Source: Lama glama (taxonomy: Eukaryota). Taken from it: a DNA stretch of 64,000 bases. This document shows positions 50,976 to 64,000 of the stretch, in pieces (the first letter of the stretch is position 1; the number at the start of each line of letters is the position of its first letter). Made by a program: the position numbers and the translations under genes. Below the pieces are notes generated by a model. That model was not told the DNA's origin, ran no database searches, and saw nothing but the letters and a program-made list of their open reading frames with translations. The stretch is taken from NCBI GenBank assembly GCA_028534125.1, contig CM052817.1:67334001-67398000 (forward strand), written 5' to 3'.

Positions 50976-51471
50976 TTGTATCTGAAGGCTTAATTTATTA
51001 ATTTTAACTTTTGGAGGTTATGACTGGCTTGGTAATTTTAATGCCTCTAAAATTATCTTGTTTTAGAGCACTTTGCTATATGAAATAAATGTCTTGAAAT
51101 CTACCTGAAACCTTATTTTAAGTATATCTAGTGATTACATAATTTGCAATTAATTTTTAAATGCCTTTATAATTTTTCAAATTACCTAAGTAATTTTTAC
51201 TCAGATAGCATAGAGATGCACAATGGACAGCTAATGTTGCAATCCAGAGAGAAATACTGTCAGATGACCACTCTTTAATATTCTTTCTAAGGACTACATA
51301 AATATATTTTTAAGTTTACCTAAGTAAGATTTATCTTTGTTATTAATATTTTTATCTTTTGTTTTGTTTTGATTATTTGCACTACTCCCAGCCCAATTGC
51401 TCTCCCCATCACTAAGTTTTATATTGTACTTCTCTCCATGTATATATAATCATTTACAAATACATTTGCAC

Positions 51472-51921
51472 CTTGCAAGTTTGGGCACCATTTGCTTCAG
51501 GTATTGCAGAGGTACCACCCAGATCCCCCTTTAATGAAAGACTAGAAGCTAGGACTGCTGTCAGCTCTCATTTCCATCAGAGATTGCCTCAGTTGCAGAG
51601 AGCTGCCACACCCAAGATCACAGTATTTCCCAAGCAGCCCAGATCAAGTAAATACCTGATATAGGTCAGAGTATGACTTACTGGCCATTTTGGCCCAGTG
51701 CAGAGACATGCTGATGACCCACTTTGGTCCTAGACTACCCCCTGGGTCAGCCAAGATTCTCATCAGGTCTGTTTCACAGTTCAGTTTCACCCTCTGCCCC
51801 TATCTTGGCTTTCCCTCCCCTCCCTTCCACAGGTGTTGATTCTAAAACACTCCCTAATAAATATCATAGAGTCTAAACTCCATCTCAGATTCTGCTTCCT
51901 GGAGAATCCAACCTGAGTAAC
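51472..51921 (+). mobile_element. LTR16-like ERVL solo LTR
   Basis: Ends CACTCCCTAATAAA...CTCCATCTCAGA.TCTGCTTCCTGGAGAATCCAACCTG, the LTR16-type 3' end. Confidence 0.7.
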
Positions 51922-52527
51922 GGATCATATTATGTATTCATCTCTGCATCTTGCTTTTCTCCCTCACTATAATCATGGATTCTGTCCCAGACAAATGACA
52001 TAGATCTAATGCTTTCTTTTGAATGACTGTGTAATTTTCCAGGGTTTTCATGTACCACAATTTGTTCAACTTTTCATACAAGGGAACATTCTAGTAGTTT
52101 CCAAATTTTATTTTTAACCACATGAAAAGTTCTGAAATAAATGTCCCTGTCACAGACCAATCAAACTCAAAACTACATGATTACTTGCAAAGTTCCTATT
52201 ACTTTCTTTTCTCTAATCAACTCTCCTTTATTTCTTTAATCAGGTCTACAGTAGTCCAGTTACATCTTCATCTACTTTCTGAGAGTTCCAGTATTATCAA
52301 CACAGGTCAATCATTTAAGGAATTTATGGCTGATATCTATAGAATCAACATTCTTTATCATTTCTCAGTCATTCTTTTCTTAATTTTCTTAATTTTGTGA
52401 AAATCTGAAAACAGTACTATCAATATTCTCTAGCTGGGATAAATCACTCCCATAAAAGTAATAAGGCCACTTTTACTCTTGTCTTAATCTAACCCATGTG
52501 CACTGAAAAAAATATTAAAATCTATAC

Positions 52528-53210
52528 ATTTTTAATTAATTAACTTTTATTGGATTATAGTTGTTTACAATGTTATGTTAGTTTCAGGTGTATAGCAATA
52601 TGATTCAGTTCTTATATGTGTGTATATATATTATATATATTCTTTTTTAGATTTTTTTCTATTGTAGGGTATTATAAGATACTGAATATAGTTCTCTGTG
52701 CTATATAGTAGGTCCTTGTTGTTTATATATTTTATATATAGTAGTGTGTATCTATTGATCTCAAAATCCTATTTTATCCCTCCCCTCCTTCCCCTTTGGT
52801 AACCATAAGTTTCTTTTCTATATCCGTGAGTCTATTTCCATTTTATAAATAAGTTCATTTGTTTCATTTTTTTTAGATTCCACATATAAGTGATATCATA
52901 TGATATTTGTCTTTACTTCGCTTAGTATGATAATCTCTAGGTCCGTCCATGTTCCTGCAAATGGCATTATTTTATTCTTTTTATGGCTGAGTAATATTCC
53001 ACTGTATATAAACACTACATACTGTATCCATTCATCTGTTGATGAACATTTAGGTTGCTTTAATGTGTTGGCTATTGTAAGTTGTGCTGCTATGAACACT
53101 GGGGTGCATGTATCCTTCTGAATTAGAACTTTTGTCTTTTCCAGATATATGCCCAGCAATGGGATTGCTGGGTCATATGGTAACTCTACTTTTAGGTTTT
53201 TAAGGAAATC
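52528..53210 (-). mobile_element. L1 3' fragment (ORF2 C-terminus and 3' UTR)
   Basis: ORF 52896-53159 LGIY...KDTCTPVFIAA..TIA..KQPKC.STDEWI resembles the L1 ORF2 C-terminus, followed by L1 3' UTR motifs. Confidence 0.92.
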
Positions 53211-53358
53211 TCTCTAAATCTTTACCCAAAGTTTGTGGCAGCAAGAATGAATCCAAGATGGAGCCAGCACTCAAATCCCATTTGGATACTGTGTTTTGTG
53301 AAATATTACAGAGAAAAAATTCTATATTTTATGTAGTATAACAAAGTAACACTTAGAA

Positions 53359-53858
53359 NNNNNNNNNNNNNNNNNNNNNNNNNNNNNNNNNNNNNNNNNN
53401 NNNNNNNNNNNNNNNNNNNNNNNNNNNNNNNNNNNNNNNNNNNNNNNNNNNNNNNNNNNNNNNNNNNNNNNNNNNNNNNNNNNNNNNNNNNNNNNNNNNN
53501 NNNNNNNNNNNNNNNNNNNNNNNNNNNNNNNNNNNNNNNNNNNNNNNNNNNNNNNNNNNNNNNNNNNNNNNNNNNNNNNNNNNNNNNNNNNNNNNNNNNN
53601 NNNNNNNNNNNNNNNNNNNNNNNNNNNNNNNNNNNNNNNNNNNNNNNNNNNNNNNNNNNNNNNNNNNNNNNNNNNNNNNNNNNNNNNNNNNNNNNNNNNN
53701 NNNNNNNNNNNNNNNNNNNNNNNNNNNNNNNNNNNNNNNNNNNNNNNNNNNNNNNNNNNNNNNNNNNNNNNNNNNNNNNNNNNNNNNNNNNNNNNNNNNN
53801 NNNNNNNNNNNNNNNNNNNNNNNNNNNNNNNNNNNNNNNNNNNNNNNNNNNNNNNNNN
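53359..53858. other. Assembly gap (500 N)
   Basis: Run of N; the round length suggests a placeholder of unknown true size. Confidence 0.99.
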
Positions 53859-55374
53859 GGACGGAGGTTTAGACATTCACATCATCCCTTGGAAGAAGTT
53901 ATACCTGCCTGGACTAACAGCTGTAACATAATTTTTCTGACTAGCATTGGGTGGATTTGTGGAATATAAGAACAGGGGACAATTAGAATGCTCCCCTTCT
54001 CTTTTCAATGTGCATTTATGAAGAAGAATACAAGAGCCTTTCTTTACATCTGATTCAACAGTTCTCTTAAAGATCTTATTGCAAAGTGACTATTTAATTA
54101 GAAATTTTACTTAATATCAGAATAATTTTCATCTAGGAAAGATTTTAAGGCAAAATTCTTATTTTGAAATCCGTATAAATAGATTAAAGTGCCTCCTTGT
54201 TCCTAGGACTATGTTCCAACTTCTATGTGCTAGTCTACATGCGAAAATTCTCAAAAATTAGTATCCTTTTTTTCCCTTTTTGCACTAGCAACTGAAGGAA
54301 AATACTGTCATATCGGGGACATTCCCGCCAAAAGCACAGACTGCAGAGGGTATCATCAGTACAGCCCCAAATATCAAAATCATGTTTACAGCAGATAATC
54401 CTACTCTTACCGTTATGCTGTAAACTATTAATAGTATTTGAATGCTGTCCCGTGGTCAAACAGATCATTAGTCCAGTTTGAGGACCCAAAAGCCTAATGC
54501 TCTAGACTATCCAGAGAGCCAAGTAACTTTCTCATCATTTCTAAGCCATATGAAGCATAAGTGAACTCTGAGGCTCCTTAGCTTTGAGATATTAGATATT
54601 ACCAAAAGAGATGGGATTGGGACCATCAGTTAATTTTATAAGTTGCCCAGGAGTGAGGCAGAACTGCTCTCTACCCTAGGCTGTACTCCTTGCTGAGTTA
54701 GTCTTCTAACCTCTCTAAGCCTCATTTTTCTCGATGAAATTCACCATATGAAAATGATGACTTCCAGCTTAAGATTCTCTAGTGTGAAAAAAAAATCCTT
54801 ATTTTCCTGAACTTTCCATTTAAATTCCAATTTATATTATATTTATAAAGGAAGAGACAGATAGATTTTTACCACTCAGATAAAATAAACCATTCTCTAT
54901 GCCATGTAAATAAAAATAAAGTACTCTATGCCCAAAAAATATAAACAAAAAAAGGCAACCTCCCAAATGGAAAAATACTTATAAGAAATATGCCAAAGCA
55001 AAATTATATTTATATATGAAAAACTCACACAAATTCAAAAGAAAATTATATGACTCATATTTTTAAAAATAAGTCGAAAATATAAAAAAAGACTCACAAA
55101 AGGCAAAATTTTATGGCTAGTGAACTTATGAATAAAAGCACTAGACTGCCTGAAGAAGTAACTATTTCCCTTTTCCCATTCTCCACTTCCCCATGCTTCA
55201 AGACTTTTCTAATTTCAGTTTCTTCTCACCGCTTCCTTCTGCACCTAGTCCATGTCTCAAGTAATTGTGTCTTCTCCCTCTCGATTGAGGAAATAGAAGG
55301 AATAAAGCCAATGAGAAGCTGGCCAATGATATTGGGCATCCAGCTTCTCATGACTGAGTCCTGAAAACCCCCAG

Positions 55375-55595
55375 AGGGGAGGGGAGGAACACATGGCACT
55401 TCTTATGACTAGATTTGCAGCTAACATACTGTCATTTTGCCCATACTGCATTGGCCAAAGCAAGTCATCTGGCCAAGTCGAATCCATGTGTTGGGAAAAG
55501 TATGCTGTCTCTAAAGGAAAGAATATAAAGTCACAGTGGTGTGAATACAGCAACGGACAAAGAATTGAGAACAGAAGTGCTACTGACCACAGTTA
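55375..55595 (-). mobile_element. MLT1-family LTR fragment
   Basis: CATTTTGCCCATACT.CATTGGCCAAAGCAAGTCA...GGCCAAG. Confidence 0.55.
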
Positions 55596-56013
55596 GACAG
55601 TTGTTTAAAGGAGAGAACAAGAAAGATATGGTTGGGGTTTTTACAAAAATCAGCCTAGTGGGGAGATGGAAATTATAAGTAGATAGGTGTGAAGTACAGA
55701 TACATTCCAGGTTTGAGAATCAAAAGTACTTAGTGGATACCTGACATCACTTTTGAGGATAAGTTCTACAAGAGAGAATCAAAAGATTCAAGGACAGAAT
55801 CACATATTTAAGAGATGGACACGGATTAAGATCTCTTGAAAGAGATGGCAAAGGAACGTCCAGTGAGATAAAAATAAAACCATGAGAGTGAAAAAATAAC
55901 CAAAATCAAGAAAGAAGTAACCTTTCAGAAGGCAATTAATATACCAAAATCCTGCCAAGAGTTCAAGAAGCCTGCGGGCTGACCAGTGTCCACTTGATGT
56001 GACCATTAAGATG

Positions 56014-56036
56014 TGCTGCTGCTGCTGCTGCTGCTG
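56014..56036. repeat. (TGC)n trinucleotide repeat
   Basis: Direct reading, ~7 units. Confidence 0.9.
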
Positions 56037-56414
56037 TTGGTGTCAGTGGCGGGACGCCCATTCTAGACTGAGTGGGCGGAGGAAGAAGAAACAGTGACTG
56101 TGATCTACTCAGTTCATAAGCCCAGTTATGAGGGGAATGAAAATGACAGGAAAACTGAAAGGCTCGATTGAAGAGATCGAAGAGAAGAAAGGTCAGAAGG
56201 TGAAGCAGAGCATAAGACCATCTATGAGCAAGCCGCTCTTTTCTTCCCAATTCTCATTTTCTGTTTTCTATCCCTTTCAAGCTTCTTTGTCACTTAGAGT
56301 TCCTCAGATGGGCCACGCTGTGTCACATGCACAGGCCATTTTGTGTGCTTTTTCCTGCTAGAAATCATTTTCACAGTGAGGCCATATTGTATCCCTATGT
56401 ATCTTTACAGGGAC

Positions 56415-56640
56415 AAGCACGAACATTTATGGATACTTGCTATGCACTAGGCATGGTGTTCAGGGCAGTAAGTCAATGGCCTTAATGAGCTGTCTTGAAA
56501 ATTCTAACATAGGCTTAATTATCCCAAATTCACAGGTGAAAACTGAATTTAGAAAGGTGTAACAACGCGCCCCGATACACATCTTGTACAAGGTAGGTCA
56601 GAAAACTGAATTGATGACTGACTTCAAAGCCTATGTTCTA
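56415..56640 (-). mobile_element. MIR fragment
   Basis: CATTTAT..ATACTTGCTATG..CTAGGCA...TTATCCC...TCACAGGTGAAAACTGA. Confidence 0.5.
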
Positions 56641-57496
56641 GTTTCAGCTTAATTAAACACCTACTTTCTTGCCAGTCCTCCCGTACTCCAAGGGTGCGAG
56701 CCTTCCTCTGAGTGGTGGGGAAGACAAAGAGGTTTTGCCGCCTAACAGGTTGGTGTTGACCTTTCCCACCTTTGCAACAATGACACACTTCGCAAATGTC
56801 AACTCTAGCGCTTGTTGCAGCATATTGTAACGTTAAAAAATACAAAGAGTACACTCACAGGCAATAAGAAGCCAGACAAGTATTTGAGTATCTAAGTAGG
56901 GAATGACATATCACTAAGACAGCTGAGAGAGAAAACACGTATGCTAATAGGAAGGGTGAACGGGAAAGGAAGAGACTCAAGGCAGAGATGAAGTAATAAT
57001 TTCTAAATCCAAGTGAGGGAAATGAGGGCTGAACTACAGGGATCAGAGAGAGGCTAGAAATGAGAGGCAAGAATGGAGGGAGGTTTAAGAAGCAGAAGCA
57101 CTAGGACTTGGCCAGTTGGATGGGGAGAGACCGATGACAGAGCTTTCTAGCTGAATGGCTTGATGTATCTCAATGAAAACGGAAACATCGGCGAGAGAAC
57201 AGATTTGAGAAGGAAGTGTGGAGCCAACTATGAAATATGTGTGAGACACGGAGGAGAGGGAAAGAGACCACAACAAAGAGATCCCAAGTCAGCATGCTTA
57301 CAACCCAGCCTGAAAATTCTGTGTCTAATACTCATCTGATATCCAGGAAGTTTTAGTTCCTAATTACCTATGGACTTTGACTCAGAAGGAGCTGGCAACC
57401 AAACGGGTTTCTGTACAAGACTGCTCAACACAGCACCATTCCCCAAGGTTTCCCAGGACAAGATAAAAATGTTCTCTTCAAAAATATTGCATTTTG

Positions 57497-58100
57497 CTCT
57501 TCCTGTAAGCGGCCGGCGGTGATCTCTGAAATCAGTTTGCTATTTATTTGACCAAGAGAACCCCCAGCAAATCATGCAGATCAAGAGTTTAAATCATTGT
57601 GGTCATTTTGAGAACACCTGTGAAACTGCCCAGACTATCTGAAAAGCCGCCAAGTATCTGAAAGACATCACTTTGCAGAAGCAAGTGTGTGCCGTTCTAT
57701 CACTACAGTGGTGGAGTTGGTACATTTGTCCAGACAAAACAGTGGGGCTGCACACAGGGTCAGGGGCCCAAAAAGAATGCTGAATTTTTGCTGCACTTAC
57801 TTGAAAATGCAGAGTAATACTGAACTTAATGGCTTAGATGTAAATCCTCTAATCATTAAGCACATCCAGGTGAACAAAGCCCCTTAGATATGTTTCCTAC
57901 TCCAGAACTCATGGGTGGATTAACCCTTACATGAGCTCCACCTGCCAAAGCGAGATGCTCTTACTGAAAAAGAACCACTCGTTCTTAAATCACAAGACAG
58001 GTTGCACAGAAGAATATACCTCTAAAGAAACAGAAGAAACCAAAACATATATCCTGGGAATAAATACAGCACAACGCAAATGCAAACAAAAGTTAAAAAA
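57497..58100 (+). pseudogene. RPL17: Processed pseudogene of ribosomal protein L17 (uL22), disrupted
   Basis: Intronless match to recalled RPL17 mRNA: GAGAACCCC..AAATCATGCA, AAGTATCTGAAAGACATCACTTTGCAGAAG ([10 protein letters not shown]), CAGTGGGGCTG, GAATTTTTGCTGCAC, CACATCCAGGTGAACAAAGC (HIQVNKAP), ATTAACCCTTACATGAGCTC. It has a 5'TOP-like CTCTTCC, a lost ATG, frameshifts and an A-rich end. Confidence 0.92.
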
Positions 58101-61100
58101 TTATTTTAGTTAGAAACTTTTAAATTGCTATTTTATTTTAGTTTGGGGTTGCTGAAACGAAATATATTTAATACCCATCAGTATCACTTCTACCCAATGG
58201 TTTTGTAGTTTTTCAATAACGATGTAATAACCTGGGTGTTGCTTTCTGGATTTCTTTGGTATCCAAAAAACAAGGAGAATCCTGTAAGTTTGCCAGTGAA
58301 CCTCAGGGAACACACAACTGCTATTTGGGAAAGGAGAGAGCATTTCATAACTCTGGCTGATATCACGTCAGCATTTTGAGACATGAAATGACACCACATC
58401 CCACACAGTCGTATTTATCACTTTCCTCTCCTGATACTGACATTGTTTGCAACTTGGAAGTCCTATGGTACTATGTTGAAGTTTAAAAATTAAAATAATT
58501 AAGAAAAGAAGGAAGGGTACTATCAATGATTTTTCAACCTACTCCTATATTTTTTGTCAAATGTTAACCATGAGAAAAAACACTGAAGCATCTTCTTTGT
58601 GAAGGATGCTATATTCATTCCCATATGTATCAGTGGAATTCCTGCATCTCCCAGTGAAGTGGTTAAGGTGTGTGGAGGAGACGTATAAGATGTGAAGTTG
58701 TCTCTGCCGAGGTTTCAGCAGTGGGAGTCTGGTCATTAGTGCTCTCTAGTGGAGCAGGAATTTTGTGCCTTATCTTCAGATATCACACAGAAAGCTGTTT
58801 CTAGCAAATCTTTTACATCACTCAGCAGTAATGCTTACCATCTTTATACGGTATATTATATGCTGAATGTGAAGTCACAAGGTGTTGGCAGTGAGTTTTT
58901 AATCATTCTGGACTTGGTGTGAAATTAGCTCATTTTTAATCTAACCTATTTTGAAAGTGATGTTTTATTCTGTTACTTTGTCAGGGGCCATGCATATGCA
59001 CATTCATCTTTCCTGCTCTAGGAAACACTATACAATATAACTTTAGCACCAGATCTTATTGTTTTAGCATCCTGGATACTCTCCTTTACTACTCTTAAAA
59101 TAGAGGTAATTGTTCTTTTAAATTTATTAAATTATAGACATTTATTACTCAAATTGTATATAAGTAAAAATTATAGTAGACAAGAAAGAATAATTTGTGA
59201 GTCCTAATCAATTAAATTACTTGGTTAACACTACATTTCTTAGATTAATCTGAGTCTGACTTGAGGGAAAAAAATCAAAATCTTTTCTGGAAAAATTTAT
59301 CTGGAAGAATATCTTTGGTACTAACTTAACCAAAGTGCTCAGATTTTTACAAATTGACTTCCAATTGGAATATTCCAAAATTCAGCCCTTTGGTGAAAAA
59401 CTCAAATAAATGGTATGAAAACAAATATATAAAGATGTTTTTTGAAATGTAAAACCATTCTTGTGTGGAAGAATACCAGCAGAAAAATTATATTTTGGAA
59501 AATTTTTGTCATTTACACATTATAAAGCCAACTGGTGAATTTTCAGTTATCAAGCAAATTTTGATGCCTAAATTTTCAATCCAGTGTGGTAGACAACAGT
59601 GTCTCTCTAGCTCTATATCAACTACACCTATAGCTATACCTGTATCCATCTATCAGTATGCAAAATAAAAGTGATGAATGAGTGTGAGTAAGAGACTCTG
59701 AACTGATTCAAAATGTACATAGATAGAAACATAGATCAGTAGATAGATAGATACATAGATACATATATAGGTACATAGATAGAGGGATATAAACTTTGAA
59801 CCAGTTCAGAGTTTCTTACATGCACTCTCATTCATTACACTTGTTTTCTGTATTGCTATTGCTAAGAGAGCTTCTAATAAAAGCTCTTACGTCCTGTGCA
59901 GCAGTACAACAGTGCAGCTCCATCCTTTTACTCACCTTTTTCCTATCACCAAGAAGCTACTGTAGTCCTTCCTCTTGGGCAAATAAATGGACTCTATAGA
60001 ACACAGCTTGTAAAAGAGAAAGCAATGGTGTGCAATGGATTTGAAAGACAAGGCAGAAGTTTAACAGGAATAAAAAATTTGATGGTTGGAGGACCAGGAT
60101 AGAGAGGAAGAGGTAGAGGTAAGACTTGGGTTGGACTTTGCAAAAGACAAGAGCCAGCCCAGGGCAGGGGTGGGGTGAAGGGGCGGGCAGGCGGATGGAG
60201 TGTAGCCTGATAACTGTGGACAGGAAAGGGCTGTTTAAAGAAATGTGACTACCACCGAAAGGCTATCACTTAAAAAAAAAAATTGGTTTCCCTCCTACAT
60301 TAGCTGACAAAACCAAGTATCCTGGACCTTGGACATCTAGTGATCTCTATTTTTAAACAACTTTCACATCAAGGTACTCCTGCTGTTTCATCAACAATGC
60401 TCACCTGAAGGCCACCTTCACTGTATAAACAACATGCAAGAGCAGTTCGCCCAGTGCTGCATTTCATACTGACAGTGCAGCTGGCTACTTTGCCAACTAC
60501 CGTGTTTTATTAACACAGTCTACACCTCACCTCAGAATATCCCATTCTAGTGTTCCTATATTGTTTAGGCCAAGTATTTCACCCTAGCTACATCTGCAAT
60601 TTTACTATAAATAATTATCTATAGGAATGTGGTTCAGATCAACTGTCAGGTCACACTAAAGACTGTTTTAAAGCCAACACTAATAGGAGTTGAACTAGCT
60701 TTTCTTAGCATGAAATTTTCTTGATCTCCTCCAGCTTATTCAGCCATATTAGAAACCCTGATGACAGAAAGTTATTAATTCTGTGGCTTTCACCTACAAC
60801 TCCTACCATCTGGAAAGGTTTTTTTTCCCCAGTGCTCTAAGCAGGACCAGGCAGGATCCCATACTCTGTGGGGAGCCCTTCGCCAGCACCTATGAGCATC
60901 AGATGTTACTTTGGATAGAGTATCCTAAGTGGGAAAAGTTTTCCTCTTGTTCCAAAAAGAATCTGACAACTTTCATATACTTAGGTGCTATGATTAATGG
61001 CAGCTGAGGCTGGGGCAGGTTCCTTTAGAACAAAGTGAACTATATTTATCCAAAGATGGGAGCTGGGACCCCGACTCAATGTTTAACTCCACCCCCGCCT

Positions 61101-64000
61101 CCTGATGACCAGGAGAGATAAATCATAGTCTCAGAAGCAGACTGGTATTTTTAAAAATCCACAGAACAACAACAAGAAGTGCTGCAGAATATCAAAAATA
61201 TGCTGGGGTGAAAAGAATGATTCCTCAAACCCTATCTGCTGATACGTATTTTCTTCTACAGCCACTGATCTTGGTTTGGTTTCCTCTTGTATCAGAGGGT
61301 ACAGGGAAATTGCTTTAAAAAGACTCCTAGCAGCCTCTTCTTTCTGCCTGCTCTTAGATCTCCTTCTCAGGTCGTGAAAGGAGCTCTTTTGCCTGTGGCT
61401 CATCTTCTTACGTTGCACCACCCAGATTTCTGCTTCTGCCCTGTTTCCATATCGTGGAAGATATGAGTCCTTTTTGGAGAGAGACTGTGGCAATTCAAGA
61501 TAGGCTGTTTGGAAAGATAAAAGACAGCAAGCACAGCTGACGTAGGTAAGATGCAAGTTAGCTATTAAAATACATAATTTGATGATAGAAAATATAGTTG
61601 CTTATGCCATACAACAATATTGGTGAACTTCTTATGGTTTTACTAAGGTTGTATGGTTGCTTCCTAAGTGAGAATTGTTATAAAAATATGTACAAGGGTG
61701 GTATAAGTACAAATTTCAAATGGTTGAAATAGTAGCTATAAGATATGTTGGCAAAATTTTGATGACAACCAGTATATTGTTGTTAATATATTAGATACTC
61801 TGCTGTCGGCTAAACTCAATAAAGTGGTAGAGCTTACTGACATTGCTGTTTTCATTATGCAGAAATATCTCAAGGATGTGGGTACAGAATATAATAAATA
61901 GGCATTCGGGACTGGAAGAGGAATACAACGAATGTGAGGTTGGACAGGAAGTATAGTAAAATCATTTATGCACCTGATGATTAAGTTCTACATGTACAAG
62001 GAACTGGGGTTTCATTGGCCATGACATGATTCAGAAATGAGTATTTTTGTTCATACAAACAGGACACTAATCTCAGTGATAGATCATATTCATGCAGCTA
62101 ATTCCTGCAGCTTGCTAAATGTATGAAGATGAGTGTTTATCTGAGATTCAACTATAACAACAGTAACAAAGAGCCTATCATCACTTTTTTCCAATAATCT
62201 CTAAATACTGGATTACAGCATAATTTCACATTAACATACAACTGCATCGTTAATGTGGCAATGCTCCCAACATGACTCTTTCCTGCCACAAAGTTACCAA
62301 AGTCATCCTCTGATTTCAGGAAAAGCAGAATTGAACTATAATTAATTTCTAATGTTTCTGTGATCTGTGTAAGTGTTGTTGTGAAGGAACAATTTCCAGA
62401 GATGAGGATGTACCTAAAAGAAGAGATGCCCGATGAGGCTGGAAGCTCCAGATCATGCAGGTAGGCTGGGAACAACAACAAATGACAGCAGGCGCACCTA
62501 AAGAGAAAAGAGAGCCTGAAGAGAGGAAGAGAGGAAAAGAAAGAATCCCAGTGTTGAACGGGTTGGGGCATACTACTTTGGAGGACTGAGGGAGATACTC
62601 AGGAGTGTAAGTGACGCTCATCAGGCATTCAGTTAGCAAGGCCCTGAAAATTGCAACAGTTCAGATGTTAAGTAGTTAGAAATAGATCATTACAGACCTG
62701 AAGTGGTAGTAAGGGGGAGCATTTCAAACCCAGACAGAATAGAAGAGGGGAAAGTCTATCCTGAATTGCCGTCTCTCTCCCAAAAGGGCTCTTACATTTC
62801 TATGACATGGGAACTGGACAGAGGCAGAAATCTAGGACACACAATGCAAGAACCAGATAAGCCACAGGCAGAAGAGCTTAACTTGTGTAGAAGAGACTCA
62901 AGAGTAAGCAGGAAGATGAGGCTGCCAAGCAACTTCCCCATATCTTTATTACAAAGGTAGTGAGGGAAGGAGACAGAGTAGTCAGACTCGGTTTAGAAAC
63001 AGAAATAAAGTAAACTAGGAGGACAGAACAATAATACAGAGAAAGAGAGCCTGGACTATATTTAACAAATCTAGGTCAACAGAATTGATTGACCTTTAAA
63101 TGAACATATATATTCACTATATATATATATATATGTAATTGTATATAGATACGTACTTCTACTCAGCTCTTTATAGGACATGCCCAAGTACGGTGATTTG
63201 CTTATGATGTTCTGCTAATTATATCTATATTCTTCTCCTTATTAAAAAAAAAAAGTCTTTTTCCAAATAAAAAAGTAAAATATGCTTGTTGGAGCACCTT
63301 TGAAAACTAAGTAAACATTTTTTAAAAAATCAAAATAACCTGTAATGCTATATATATAACTATTTAGTATATAACTGCTGTATACATTTTACTTTATTTC
63401 CTTCCTGTCTTTTTTCTATACATTTTTTTCCTGAATTAAGGGCATAGTGATTTCAAGTTTATTTCCTTTTTTAAAAAATTATACAACTAATTTATCATAT
63501 TAAAGTCTCTATTTTAAAAATAGCAATTCTAATGGATGCATGATTCTCCACCCTATGACTACACAAGATTTGTCTTTTTTCCCCTTTATTTTTATAAAGT
63601 TAGATTTCTTCATCACCAATTTTTGCTTTTAGGAAAATTACTATCATAATTTTTTTTTATTTATACAAGGACATCTATGTATTTGAAACTGCTGCTTTCT
63701 TCTGAAGTGCAAATGATTCCCAGATGTTAAATTATTGCATCAAAAATACAGGAATACTTTTTTTAAATTTAGTACATATATTTTTAAATTGTTTTAGGAG
63801 AAAAATGAGTTTCCTGCTCACTACAGCCCTAGTTTTTAAATTATTATTATTCTAAATTCAATTATGTTAAATTTATTACATTATATTTTAGCATCTACTT
63901 ATTAAGTTTAATAACAATTATTAAAAATTTAAAATTAATATTATTCTACTTTGGTAATTTAAAAGAAGTAAAATTCTACTATGTAAATCTATATTTCTTA

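Noticed and set aside
53322..53876. 184-aa ORF
   Set aside because: It spans the N gap.
57481..58110. TSD around the RPL17 retrocopy
   Set aside because: Only a loose AT-rich resemblance, which cannot be called with confidence.
1..64000. TET2 exons, CRISPR arrays, prokaryotic-type systems or a second protein-coding gene
   Set aside because: No supporting sequence. The remaining short ORFs (60-140 aa) look random or repeat-derived, and TET2 is expected far outside this window.

Overview
Mammalian genomic DNA, most likely a camelid given tRNA-Ala-like Vic-1-type SINEs and no recognisable Alu, Bov-A or PRE-1 elements. The window holds one protein-coding gene, CXXC4 (IDAX), on the minus strand. 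It has a non-coding exon 1 (donor at 33249) in a CpG/GA-repeat promoter, a large GC-rich exon 2 (30828-29489; ATG at 30571; poly-Ala, two poly-Gly tracts and a CXXC zinc finger), an 18.3 kb intron, and a last exon with 14 codons (11174-11130) plus a ~4 kb 3' UTR ending near 7060. The predicted protein is 375 aa, or 198 aa from an internal ATG at 30040. The rest is intergenic or intronic: L2, MIR, L1, MaLR, ERVL and LTR16 remnants, a solo LTR, a decayed RPL17 processed pseudogene, microsatellites and a 500-N gap. I found no convincing new biological system. The best lead is an apparently intact solo LTR ~7.5 kb upstream, sense to CXXC4, with a perfect splice donor at its 3' junction, a candidate alternative first exon. 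All repeat family names come from recalled consensus features, not from database searches.
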